This document shows positions 1 through 10,130 of a DNA stretch of 64,000 nt, in pieces. The notes under the pieces were generated by a model that worked only from the letters and a program-made list of their open reading frames with translations, had not been told where the DNA came from and made no database searches. Position 1 is the first letter of the stretch, and each line of letters begins with the position of its first letter. The DNA is from Barthelona sp. PCE (lineage: Eukaryota): the NCBI GenBank assembly GCA_040285745.1, contig JAUFOR010000008.1, positions 1,116,001 to 1,180,000 on the forward strand. Reading direction: 5' to 3'. The position numbers and the translations under genes are program-made.

Positions 1-1228
1 TTATGACCCTCGTACAATCTGCCATAGATGTGGCGTCGGTTACCGAGATTTTTTCTCAAGGCCCTCATGAAACTAGACTTTTCATGGGTGACGCCACGGC
101 CGATGATGGTGAGTAGGATGATCTTCATCAGGTACTCAGCCACTGCCTATGGCTACCGTCAGCTCCAGGACGCGGTGGGTTAGGACCACTGGGACTACCG
201 TTTTTAGACGACTAGCGTGATACTGTCTTCTCTTTCAAGAATTTGAGGAGTTGCTGGGGAAGCTGACGCTCTCGTTCAAGGCTCTTTGCCGAGAGGAGCT
301 GTCAGGGATGACCCCCATCCTGTCTAAAACGTCCGGGATTCCCGGGGAGGACTTACAGCCGAGGTAGCTGCTGGTCCTGGTAGTGTCAAAAGTGGTTATT
401 ACGGATTTCTCACAGTTTTTTCAACGTGGTTTTCTACGGATTTCTCACAGTTTTTTTCAACGTGGTTTTTTAAGGATTTCTCACAGTTCTCAAGTGTGGT
501 TCTTAAGGGTTTCTCGCAGTTCTTCCATTACTGGAGGAGCCTTCGGGCTTGGACTGCTATCAGCGAGGTAAGGAAATCATTCATCCTTACCCTGGCCTCT
601 GGGTCTGTGCCCCCTTGTGGTGTGACCAAAGTGGGGCCTCAGGCTCCTCAGGCGCCTCATCGACATATCGGGAGACGCCGCGAGATTTCACCTTGAACGT
701 TGGGACAATCTCATCACGTACTTCCGCGACGTTACTCGCGGGCTTGAGGACTGCCTTAAAGGCTGCCTCGTCAAAGTCACTGGCCGCCTGGGGCTTCCTA
801 CGTGTACTTTGTGCTAGATGTCTGACGCGATCTAGCTGAGGAATCGCAAGCTCAAAGAGCATATCCCAAGCTTTTTGTGCGATTCCTGCACGCGACCTGG
901 TAAGGTCGGCTGTTGCCTTTCTTATTATCCCAGCGGTGGCCTCCGCTGTGGGCATGCCCATAAAGAGGAGGAGTAACGCGTACTGCTCCCCTTTGCCGCC
1001 CTCGCTGCTGCCTCTGTCCCAAACCCGCTGGGGCTGGGCTCATTGTGGTTTAGCAGCGGTATTTCATCTACAGTGTGCACCCAGGATGCCAATAGGACAG
1101 GTAGTACTATGCCGCTCAAGTGAAACGATTTCTTGAGCTTCCCGAGGTCTGGGGTGTCCCTGAGGCTGTACATAGTCTCAAAGGTGGCGACTACCATGTC
1201 CCTGGCCCTCAACAAGGGCTCCTTACAG
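1..1228 (-). pseudogene. GC-rich, multiply frameshifted coding relic (possibly a decayed mobile element or foreign gene), cut by the window edge
   Basis: Visibly more GC-rich than the flanking DNA, with an abrupt switch to AT-rich sequence near 1228. Protein-like segments in shifting minus frames (925-1215, 587-961, VAEYLMKIILLTIIGRGVTHEKSSFMRALRK near 1-150) are broken by stops. No domain recognised. Confidence 0.45.
392..523. repeat. Tandem repeat, about 4 diverging copies of a 34-36 bp unit (GTGGTT...ACGGATTTCTCACAGTTTTTTCAAC)
   Basis: Units start at 392, 426, 462 and 496. On the minus strand they read as NCEK...NHVEK peptide repeats. Confidence 0.9.
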
Positions 1229-1650
1229 TATGTTTTTAAATTTCAAAACTTAGATATTCTATTCCCTCATTTACATAACCCGACATTGAACAAAGGATTT
1301 AAATCTCAATGTATATCAATCTTTGACGGGTTTTTTTTTTGAATTCAGGAAAGAAATCGAAAAGCAGTTACTCGAGTCCGAGTAACTTAGCTAGGATTAT
1401 TCTTTAACTCTCACTATCAGTGTATGTCATCTAGGTTTCGGGTGCATCAAGATTCCGATTGCCATCAACTACATTGTATAATCAAACGGTAGAGACCCAA
1501 AATCGATTAAAAATTGTTAATTAACTTTTTTTTTTCAATAAATTTTACAACCCTTAAATTAACTTATACAGCTTAATCATATACACACACACAGCTAATG
1601 TGTTATATATAACTCAAAAGCACTGCTTGAAAATAAATGCTACTGAATAT

Positions 1651-1763
1651 TGCATACCGGCCATCCCTCTGCCGTTTTAGCCGACGAGGTGTGCCGTTGA
1701 TCACATTGACCATCCAAAGAGTCTTACATCATGCTCTTTAATGGTGAGAAATCGGAGTACACA
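1651..1763 (-). ncRNA. Candidate structured ncRNA, unassigned
   Basis: GC-rich island in an AT-rich spacer. Two hairpins (1658-1696, 1709-1745) plus a closing stem (1651-1657/1757-1763). G-U pairs favour the minus strand. Confidence 0.25.
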
Positions 1764-2178
1764 TTAACAAGACAGATAAAGCGTTAATTAGAAGAAAAAA
1801 AGTTTTTTTTTTTAAAAATAAAGTGTTTATTGTGCTAGAATAATATAAATACTAAATAAAACTTCCCCTGCGCAGTTTGTAACTATTTAAAAAATAGAAT
1901 AGAAGCTTTACTTTTCTTATTTCGTTAAACCATTACAATATATCATCATCACTACCGCTGCCATCTACATTTGTACTCCATTAACTAGCTCTCCAATTAC
2001 TGACTTCCAACTAAGGTGTTGAAATTGCCTGGATAAAATGTGTGAAAAATTTTGGCCATAGAATTTTTTCACGTATATTAAACATTTGGAGCGTTTAGTA
2101 TCACGCAATCAACCTAAAAAGTGATATAAGTTGGGTATAAAACTTGTTTTTCCATTTTTCACAACTCTTTCATGCAAC

Positions 2179-5100
2179 ATGGATAATGCAAAGAAAACCA
2201 TGTTCAATGGTTTTCGGATAGAAAACTACAGGTTGCAACGTGATGAATATCAGGGTATTTATGCAACAACATGCAAAGGAAGAATTAAAAAGTCTTTAAA
2301 GTTTGTTTCAATGAAAAAGTATCCTTTAAGATACGAGAATAGATTTAACAGAGAGCGTGCAGCAGCAAAAGAGTTATCTAGAGATTTAGAATGTGTAGAA
2401 AGTGTGATAAGTTTTCATCAGACACAGAATCATCGCTGGATATCTCGCCCATTCATTTCAGGTGTTACATTACAACAAATTTTCGACAAAAAGCGGCTTT
2501 ATGAGTTTTTTTATTATCAGGAATTAAGAAAGATAATAACGACAATGAGGGATGCTCTATTTGATGTGCACCGACATGGGTTCATCCACGGTGATCTCAA
2601 AGGGACAAATATTGTCTTTCAAAATTCATTAGTTTTTTTTGTTGATTTGGGAGGTAGTATCGATTTGAAGGTATTCCTCCGTGACGAAATTTCGTACGAA
2701 CGGTTCCTTAAATACGTTAAAACAGTGTATTTGGAAAGTTTTGATTTCTCTTGTTATGCAGACTATTGCGCCCCTGAAATTCTTTTGGAAGGTGGTGTTC
2801 CCAGTTTTTCGAGCGACATATACATGCTAGGCATACTTTTTTATCAACTAGTGTATGGTAAGAAAGCATACGAGCAAGACTTTTACTTCTATGATGAAGC
2901 TCACAAAATTAACCAGTTGCTCACTGGGATAGAAATAGATTTCGTTGATGAGACCATACCAGCGGAGCTCAGAGATCTGATTAAGGCAATGACGGAGCGG
3001 GAAGTGGTGAAAAGATACTCTTGGAAGGATCTATGTGATTGTGAAATCTTTCTCAGTGAATTGTCAGTTGATTCCATCCCAACCGAGTACAACACGTACT
3101 TTAACACGAGCACAAGGATACCAACACCACCCATAGAGGAGCCAGAGATAGAATCGGAGGTTGAGCCAGAAGAACCAGAAGAAATTGATAAAGAGAGTAT
3201 TTCAGTTGATACGGAAAGTATTTCTGATATCTCTGACGCCGCAGAAGTTATGGATTCGAACATTGATGCTTACGTGATTCCTTTGAATCTTTCAAAATTG
3301 GAAGAAAACAGATCACCATCACCCATTGTTACAGACCGTTCCACTCATCGCAAAGGAGGGCTGAACACACCCAGAAACGCAAAGGCTGTCACGTATGATG
3401 ATATTATTTCGACAAACTATTCAACCGAAATGGGAGTCAACGTTCTGCAGATGCACTACGACCCAGAGTATAGTGGGATGGTGGCGCACCCTATAGGTGT
3501 GTTTCACCGCAAGAAGGTATCTAAGCCTGCCAATATGCCGTCTATTGAGCAGCTTGCGAGCCCCGACTTTAATCAGCGGAAGCGGATGACAGTGTTAGGC
3601 AGCGTTAAGCGCCATTTGCAGTACCCAGATAAGCGTGCTGCCTTATTTTCGTACCTTAGGGAAGCATGCTTCTCACACACTGTTGCAGAGACGTTGCTCA
3701 CATCATCGCTCTCGATGGCCCTCATTGCATTCCTACCGTTGCATATTTCAGAGCGCCCATCATCGCGTCACGGGCATGGTCAGATTGCAATTCAACCCAG
3801 CAACAGAACAGCGGTGCTTGAGATTTTGTGCCTTGCCATTCAAAATACGACGTCTGTTTCCGCAAAGCTGCAGGACGAGCTGCTCACCGAGCGTTTGCTC
3901 AGTTTTGTGGGCGAGAACGAGGCTCAATATAGCAGACAGCAGAAATCGCTCGCGATCACTGCTCTTGGTGAGCTTTGCTTCTATGTTGCATGCGCCAGTC
4001 TCAAGAACAGCGAAACACTCGTTTATTGGCCGTTCCACGCTATGCTTGATCGCTTGATGATGTCACTGCATCGATCAAATACGGAAGTACAGCTGCTTGC
4101 GCTTAAAACCATCAACAACATCCTTACCCTCCAGCTTGACGTGGAGGCTGTCTGCATGGAAACCGCAAAGCAACAGGCAGTAGAACTCGAAGGGAAGTCG
4201 ATAGTGAGCCGTTTTTGCAACAACGATTTCATTCAGCTTATTCTCCGCGAGTATCAGTCCGCTGTTCGTTTAGATTTCTCAGTTTTGATGCTTAGTGTAC
4301 TGTACAGAGTCATCCTACACGTTCCTTTCTTTTGTGACACAATCGTGGACGCGCTTAGCATTTTTGAAGCTCCATTACCGGATAATAAGGATCCTCGCAT
4401 GCTACATATTGTTAACATCGCGCATTTAGCACTCACTTTGGAGTATGAGTCGGTGTGCGAGCGTGTGCTCCACCAACCCAGCGAGCATACGTTCATTGAC
4501 AAGCTTTTGACATGCACCAGTCATTCGGACCCGAGAATCAGAGTTGTGTCGATCCAAGCATTGTCCATAATTGCATCATCACACACAGCGTACGTTTTCA
4601 CACTTTGTTTCAGAAACACACGTGTTCTTTCAAGATTGGAGGAGGCAAATATGAATTTAACGACGCCTCTTCTTTATAAGATGACATCTTCCGTAGTAGG
4701 GTTGCTTGTTGCGCATACTTTAGAGTGCATGGATCTTGAAGTGCTAAAAGCCTTTGCTCAGTCTAATGACATGGTACTTTCATCAAGACTACGATATGAT
4801 CTCCGTGCGTTTGCCATTTTATGTGAGGTTTTCAACACACTGTCACCTTCAGCAATCTGTAAGGCTAGTCTACCTATGCTTGTACGATATGCAAGTGTGA
4901 TTTTGTTGGGAAACAATGGAATGCTCATAAGGCTTTTCGATAACATTCAATTTGGCCTATCTGCACTTGTCAACTTCCCCATTGATGTTATTGTTGAAAA
5001 TATCCAGTTTTTTGCTGTGGATCTCACCAATATTTTATGGGCAGTAGTTGTCCAGTTTAGAAATGCAGATCCAAACGAGGAAGTGTTCACATCACTTCGT

Positions 5101-5730
5101 TACAGCTGTCTGAGCTACTTTTGCATGGTTTTTGATCTTTTAGTGACCGAGGTGATACCTCTCAGCAAGGAGTATGAGCCGATCAAGACGGGATCAGAGA
5201 ATTTCTTCACTGACGTTGTTCTCCCCAAGCTACACCTGTTTGTGGACGAAGATGTGAGTATCATCCAGTTTTTATTGAAGTATATTAACAGAATAACGAC
5301 GTTTTCGACGACTGTTCTTGAAACATTCGTAGCAAGTGAAGAGTTTCATGTTTTCTTTGCTTTTTTGTTAACGCAGCTGAATATCAAGTCACGTACAAAT
5401 ACAATACATGCTGTAGAACTCTTTTTCAGACTTTCAAGTGCTATTATCCCTGAAGATTTGTATACTCTCATCAGTGATCTTGATCTTTCACCTCTTCTCT
5501 CTGTTTTGAAGTTTGTGACGACATCAATTATACACAGAAAAGGTAAGGTGCATAGGACGAGAGCGTACTTGCTTCCGATTTGTGGTGCTCTTGTTAACAT
5601 TCTTAAAGTAACATTAGTAGACTATTCTGAGATGGATGCGCTTGTTTTGGGACTGGAAAACGTTAAAGAATACGTAGAAACGCAGGAAGTCAACCTCATT
5701 GATGAGTTTTTATCTCTTGTATTTGAATAA
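2179..5730 (+). CDS. ULK4: ULK4/RUNKEL-like Ser/Thr kinase with C-terminal ARM/HEAT region
   Basis: Kinase motifs KGRIKKSLKFVSMK, HGDLKGTN, VDLG, YCAPE, SDIYMLG. ALGELCFYVA resembles the ULK4/RUNKEL helical-region motif. First ATG at 2179 (ORF track starts at TTG 2131). Confidence 0.7.
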   Translation: MDNAKKTMFNGFRIENYRLQRDEYQGIYATTCKGRIKKSLKFVSMKKYPLRYENRFNRERAAAKELSRDLECVESVISFHQTQNHRWISRPFISGVTLQQIFDKKRLYEFFYYQELRKIITTMRDALFDVHRHGFIHGDLKGTNIVFQNSLVFFVDLGGSIDLKVFLRDEISYERFLKYVKTVYLESFDFSCYADYCAPEILLEGGVPSFSSDIYMLGILFYQLVYGKKAYEQDFYFYDEAHKINQLLTGIEIDFVDETIPAELRDLIKAMTEREVVKRYSWKDLCDCEIFLSELSVDSIPTEYNTYFNTSTRIPTPPIEEPEIESEVEPEEPEEIDKESISVDTESISDISDAAEVMDSNIDAYVIPLNLSKLEENRSPSPIVTDRSTHRKGGLNTPRNAKAVTYDDIISTNYSTEMGVNVLQMHYDPEYSGMVAHPIGVFHRKKVSKPANMPSIEQLASPDFNQRKRMTVLGSVKRHLQYPDKRAALFSYLREACFSHTVAETLLTSSLSMALIAFLPLHISERPSSRHGHGQIAIQPSNRTAVLEILCLAIQNTTSVSAKLQDELLTERLLSFVGENEAQYSRQQKSLAITALGELCFYVACASLKNSETLVYWPFHAMLDRLMMSLHRSNTEVQLLALKTINNILTLQLDVEAVCMETAKQQAVELEGKSIVSRFCNNDFIQLILREYQSAVRLDFSVLMLSVLYRVILHVPFFCDTIVDALSIFEAPLPDNKDPRMLHIVNIAHLALTLEYESVCERVLHQPSEHTFIDKLLTCTSHSDPRIRVVSIQALSIIASSHTAYVFTLCFRNTRVLSRLEEANMNLTTPLLYKMTSSVVGLLVAHTLECMDLEVLKAFAQSNDMVLSSRLRYDLRAFAILCEVFNTLSPSAICKASLPMLVRYASVILLGNNGMLIRLFDNIQFGLSALVNFPIDVIVENIQFFAVDLTNILWAVVVQFRNADPNEEVFTSLRYSCLSYFCMVFDLLVTEVIPLSKEYEPIKTGSENFFTDVVLPKLHLFVDEDVSIIQFLLKYINRITTFSTTVLETFVASEEFHVFFAFLLTQLNIKSRTNTIHAVELFFRLSSAIIPEDLYTLISDLDLSPLLSVLKFVTTSIIHRKGKVHRTRAYLLPICGALVNILKVTLVDYSEMDALVLGLENVKEYVETQEVNLIDEFLSLVFE

Positions 5731-5846
5731 AGTAGTATTCGTGGACATGTGAACAGCTGAGTACATATAGATCATGTGAGTGAATGTAACTGTATCATGT
5801 TCAGCAGTGTGACGAAGTAATTTTTATCTACCATCTCAGTTTTTGA

Positions 5847-6527
5847 ATGAAGTTTGGAGCTCAATTAGAACAACAAAAGCACGAACCATGGGCCGAGTAC
5901 TACATTAACTACGGCAATGGAAAGAGAATTATCAAGTCTATTCCAGAGGATGGTATTGACTCGTCCTCAGAACAATACAACCAGTTTGTCGATTACATTG
6001 AGCAGGAGTTGGTGCGTGTTATGCAGTTTTATTATGAGAAGAAGAAGGATTTCGATGAATCTTTCAATTTGTATCGTGAGATCGTGTTGAACGTTGTTCC
6101 AGCCGACCCCAGGCACATGGAAGACTTCATTGAATGGTCCGTAGAGGAGGTTAAGGGCATCCCTGCAACTTATGAGGGTTTACAAGGTCAGATGATTGAT
6201 CTCTTTGTTGAATTGGAACTATTCAGAGATTTCATTTCCTTGAACTTCACCGGTTTCCGTAAGATTATTAAAAAGTTTGATAAGAATGCCAAAAACGTTT
6301 CATTACAAAATTGGTTTTCTGAGAATATTCTTGGATCTCCAATCTCAACTATTCGATTTTTCACTTACCACTCCAGGGAGCTGGCACTTCTCAGATCAAT
6401 CATTTTTTCTTCTAACTATGCTCCTTCTAAAGGATTCTTTAGTGAAGCAGTCGCACAGAAATCAAACAGAATCGCACAGAACGACGCACACCTGGTTGCT
6501 GCTGCTCTCGATATGTTAGCACTCTAA
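5847..6527 (+). CDS. Stand-alone SPX domain protein (inositol-polyphosphate/phosphate sensor family)
   Basis: MKFGAQL..EPWAEYYINY N-terminus and LNFTGFRKIIKKFDK lysine cluster. Confidence 0.92.
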   Translation: MKFGAQLEQQKHEPWAEYYINYGNGKRIIKSIPEDGIDSSSEQYNQFVDYIEQELVRVMQFYYEKKKDFDESFNLYREIVLNVVPADPRHMEDFIEWSVEEVKGIPATYEGLQGQMIDLFVELELFRDFISLNFTGFRKIIKKFDKNAKNVSLQNWFSENILGSPISTIRFFTYHSRELALLRSIIFSSNYAPSKGFFSEAVAQKSNRIAQNDAHLVAAALDMLAL

Positions 6528-6603
6528 TAAACATAGATTTGTAGATTTTGATGTGGTAGTTACTTAATCACTTTGTTCATTAGATTCTGAATTTTGTCCG
6601 TTT

Positions 6604-8772
6604 ATGACTTCGCCCATGTTTGATTTCAGCATGCCGCAGACCCAAAATGGCAAGACAGAAGATAAAAATCTCGTAGATTATACTTCTTTTAGAATCACAG
6701 ACAGTTTCGCTTTTCGAAGTTCGAGTACTCGTCCATTGTCTGTAGACATTGGTAGCGGCCCTTCTCCAAGTCCACAGAATTCTCTATTTTCTTTTGAAGA
6801 ACCAGATTCTTTGAGTGCACCTCCTCAAGCGGTGAATAAGCCTCCTGTCTTTGCTTTTTCTTCCAGCAGGCCATCTTCAAAGCCATCTTCACCCACACCA
6901 GTATTCAAAACACCTCCAGGATTATCTTTTCCAGTATTTCAGGCCAAACCTCAGAAGACTTATGACTTGAATAATTTACATGAAAAGGCCTTCTCTTTTA
7001 ATCGACCTACACAGGAGACAAGATCCAGATCTCCATTACAAACACAGAACCGGCGTCAATACAATAATAAGCGTAAAAAGGTTAAATGTGTCACCAGGAC
7101 AGTGATATTCCCTCCACGTGTCAAGCACCTGCTGAAACAGTTCCCGTTTTGGTCAAAATACAAGCGTTTTCACAATGTTAGCGACTCATTGAAGGATCTC
7201 AAGCTGACCATCAAGGTTCCGTTGAACGAAGACGTTATTCTCCAGGAAAACATCGTTACACAGTTCTCTCTGGTGAACATTATGTCATCCATAAGACTTT
7301 CGGACTTTCTTTATGCTCAATTTGAGCACTTGAGAGATACGATGCTGTGCCACTCCATTCCCATCCTTGAGGGATACGAACCGCTCTTCACGCCACTTTC
7401 CAGACAGATCAGTAGTGCTTACCGTTGCAGTGTCTTTGTTTCAAGCGGATGCGTTAGTCTTTACACATTCGAACCGAAGTATCTGTCTTTAGCAAGTGAG
7501 GTTGTCAACCACCGCGCAGCTCAGATCCACTCGCAGACCCGTGCACACTTCACAATGTTCCATAGTGTAATGGGGTCACCTCTATCATTTCACTTCAATC
7601 CGAAGAACAACCATAACGGACTCAAGCTTTCAATACAGAACACAGACAGCTTACAGGCCATGTTATCAATGAGCAAGCTTGAGCACGAAGATGGTGTTGT
7701 GCTTTTCAACTCGCACCATTTTCAATCCAGGTTCTTCTTTGGTGATCTCCGCCAAAAGGAAACACTTGATTACGTATATGAGAAGGCCATTGAGACGTTT
7801 GTCGACTGGGACAAGAACGTATTCAAAAAGAATCAAGATAGGTGCAAGAATGACGCTGTTCACTCTACATTCGATATTGAATCCTATGATTTCTATTTCA
7901 GTGTTCGCTGCCGCGATGTTAACTGGTATGTTAAGCACCAGTACCGTGACGATTCCGAGGTTATGTCCGAGGTTATTGACCGGGAGCTTTATGTGGATGA
8001 TTTGATTGGAGTTCTCGAACGAAACATTCTGGATTCGACAGTTTTGAATTTTTCGAACACTGGCGTTTTACAGGGCGATGCTCCCATGCGGTACATCACA
8101 CACAAGCATTTTTGGACTGTTCCAAATATTGATACAGAGAACGATCATATATTTTTGTGCTGTACTCACAATATTGACACCCAGCCCAACTGTATCACGC
8201 CATTAGATGCCCCAGAACCACTTGTTATCGAGATTCTTGCACCGAACATGACCTTTGACGTTTTCCTACCTAATCTGAACGGTGTAATGCAATTTCGTAT
8301 CGAGAGTGTTGCTCGTAATAAGAACATTTTAAAACAGTTAAACAGTCCAGTAACAGGTTTTTACGGACGTTTATATGAGTTTGAAATGGAGATCAATGAA
8401 ATCCTTCAGGATAAGGAGTGGAGAAAGGAGTTAAATGGGAAGTTTAAGAATGCTGTTACTATGATCGAAAGAGTTGTTTCTAGAAAGCTGAAAGAGTTTA
8501 AGGCGGAGATTCTTGCTGAACGTAAAGAGGTTTTGTTGACTGAAATGAATATTGATTATGAAGAAATGTCCAATAGTGAGAAAAGAGTGTTTGATCTCAA
8601 ACTTCAATACAGTCTCTACTGTTTCTTTACTTGCGGAAATTACTGGAAGTTCTCTGAGAAGTTCTTTATGCTGGATTACATTCCTCGATATCAATTTACT
8701 GTAGATGCATTTAAGGAGCGTGTTGTGGAACAGCTCAACAAGGTTAATCAACCTCAATCATTTTCTTTTTAA
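6604..8772 (+). CDS. Hypothetical protein, 722 aa, with Ser/Pro/Phe-rich disordered N-terminus and a basic NLS-like stretch
   Basis: Long uninterrupted ORF between recognised genes; NKRKKVK; no family recognised. Confidence 0.8.
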   Translation: MTSPMFDFSMPQTQNGKTEDKNLVDYTSFRITDSFAFRSSSTRPLSVDIGSGPSPSPQNSLFSFEEPDSLSAPPQAVNKPPVFAFSSSRPSSKPSSPTPVFKTPPGLSFPVFQAKPQKTYDLNNLHEKAFSFNRPTQETRSRSPLQTQNRRQYNNKRKKVKCVTRTVIFPPRVKHLLKQFPFWSKYKRFHNVSDSLKDLKLTIKVPLNEDVILQENIVTQFSLVNIMSSIRLSDFLYAQFEHLRDTMLCHSIPILEGYEPLFTPLSRQISSAYRCSVFVSSGCVSLYTFEPKYLSLASEVVNHRAAQIHSQTRAHFTMFHSVMGSPLSFHFNPKNNHNGLKLSIQNTDSLQAMLSMSKLEHEDGVVLFNSHHFQSRFFFGDLRQKETLDYVYEKAIETFVDWDKNVFKKNQDRCKNDAVHSTFDIESYDFYFSVRCRDVNWYVKHQYRDDSEVMSEVIDRELYVDDLIGVLERNILDSTVLNFSNTGVLQGDAPMRYITHKHFWTVPNIDTENDHIFLCCTHNIDTQPNCITPLDAPEPLVIEILAPNMTFDVFLPNLNGVMQFRIESVARNKNILKQLNSPVTGFYGRLYEFEMEINEILQDKEWRKELNGKFKNAVTMIERVVSRKLKEFKAEILAERKEVLLTEMNIDYEEMSNSEKRVFDLKLQYSLYCFFTCGNYWKFSEKFFMLDYIPRYQFTVDAFKERVVEQLNKVNQPQSFSF

Positions 8773-8884
8773 TTCTTCAGGGTGTGTTGTTCATTATTTG
8801 TTTTGTTACCCTGTTATTCATTGTAAATTGTTTTTTACATGTTTTTGGTTTTTACTTCCTTCTATTTCAGTTAGCATTTTTAAA

Positions 8885-9532
8885 ATGGGTGGGGCGAATC
8901 CAATTGCAGTGAGCTCAGCAGCTTACACCAAGCAGTTGAGGAGAAAGAATCGATTAGCGAATATTGTCAGTCAAACCCACAATTTGGCCGAGGATGAGTA
9001 CTTTTCACACAATCACATGGGTCAGATTCAGTGTAAGCTATGTGGAACAGTTCATCGAAACGAGGCTAGTTATGTTACGCATGTTAAGGGATCTCGACAC
9101 GCACGGTGTCTTCGGCGGCACAAAGCATTTACTGAGAAGAAGCAAAAGAAGGGAGAGGTCGGAGTAAGCAAGAAACAGCCTCAAAAAGAGAAGATACAGA
9201 CAATTGGTGTTCCTGCTTTTGAAATATTCCACGGAAGTTATTTTGAGAATCAGATCAAGCGGTATTTCGTCAATGTAGTTGTTGAATTTCCTCACGGAGA
9301 TTATTCAGAGCAAAAATTGCCAATGTTTCGGATTTTGTCAACCTATGAGCAAAACATTGTCGAACGTGATTCTTCAGCACAGCTCTTGATCATCTGCCAG
9401 GTGCCGTACAAGCCCATCGCGGTCAAGATACCACGGGCTAACCTGGAGGGATGTATCAGTGATGTTTTTGATTCAGACACTAATGAGTATAGGCTGAGGA
9501 TAGTTTACCCACAAGACTTTACTTTAACGTAA
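8885..9532 (+). CDS. SF3A2: Splicing factor 3A subunit 2 (Prp11/SF3a66)
   Basis: YFSHNHMGQIQCKLCGTVHRNEASYVTHVKGSRH U1C-type zinc finger; P.FRILSTYEQ and PYKPIAVKIP C-terminal motifs. Likely ATG 8885. Confidence 0.9.
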   Translation: MGGANPIAVSSAAYTKQLRRKNRLANIVSQTHNLAEDEYFSHNHMGQIQCKLCGTVHRNEASYVTHVKGSRHARCLRRHKAFTEKKQKKGEVGVSKKQPQKEKIQTIGVPAFEIFHGSYFENQIKRYFVNVVVEFPHGDYSEQKLPMFRILSTYEQNIVERDSSAQLLIICQVPYKPIAVKIPRANLEGCISDVFDSDTNEYRLRIVYPQDFTLT

Positions 9533-9997
9533 CTAACATGTGATTGATATGAGTATTTTACTGGTTACACAGTGCTTGAGTTAATTTGTGTTGCTAAATA
9601 ATGTGATTTGAAACATGTTCACAACATACTGTCGCTGCATATAACGTTGGATGAGACAGAAGATACAGGCAGGGTATTTGTAGCCCAAACAAAAGCTTGA
9701 TGAATGGAAAGAAATAATATCAAATTTATCCCAAAAATAACAATAAATCAACCCAAAACAGTTGCAAAGTACCACACATCACACGAAAGAGAGAACCACA
9801 GCCACACAATGTTGGGATGAAGGATGTAAAAATTTCTACATTAGTTTTGCTTTTTTACTGCATTTACATACGGAGGCTACGGGCAAGCAATACTATATAA
9901 ACGCTTCAAAGCAAACAAAAAATGATTTTATCGCTGTCTGCAATCTTGCTTCGATATAACTGTTTTTTGGAACATTGTCAGATTTTTTTTATGGGGT

Positions 9998-10063
9998 TTT
10001 TGTGATGAAAAGCACAGCTGTCGCACGGTTCGTAAGTTAAATGAAGGAAAAAGGCCTGACAAA
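9998..10063 (+). ncRNA. Candidate box C/D snoRNA
   Basis: Box C GTGATGA at 10002-10008, box D CTGA at 10056-10059, short complementary termini, intergenic position upstream of H2B. Confidence 0.45.
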
Positions 10064-10130
10064 TGCATTTTGTTACACCACCTATTGCCAGATTTCATTC
10101 GATCTTATTATTTTTATATAACTCACTCAC

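Noticed and set aside
392-523. CRISPR-like array (repeat length about 35 bp)
   Set aside because: Units are contiguous with no unique spacers, there are no cas genes, and the context is eukaryotic.
340-700. Reverse-transcriptase motifs (RYVDE, SYLG) in the left-edge relic
   Set aside because: No YxDD, no QG..LSP motif and unconvincing spacing; insufficient to call a retroelement.
1366-1394. 9-bp hairpin AGTTACTCG/CGAGTAACT followed by CTAG, resembling a Helitron 3' end
   Set aside because: The hairpin is real, but the spacer to CTAG is only 3 nt, the next base is G not T, and no Rep/helicase or 5' end is identifiable.
9560-9975. Short hydrophobic ORFs between SF3A2 and H2B
   Set aside because: Stops in all frames and no recognisable family; may be a decayed gene but cannot be supported.
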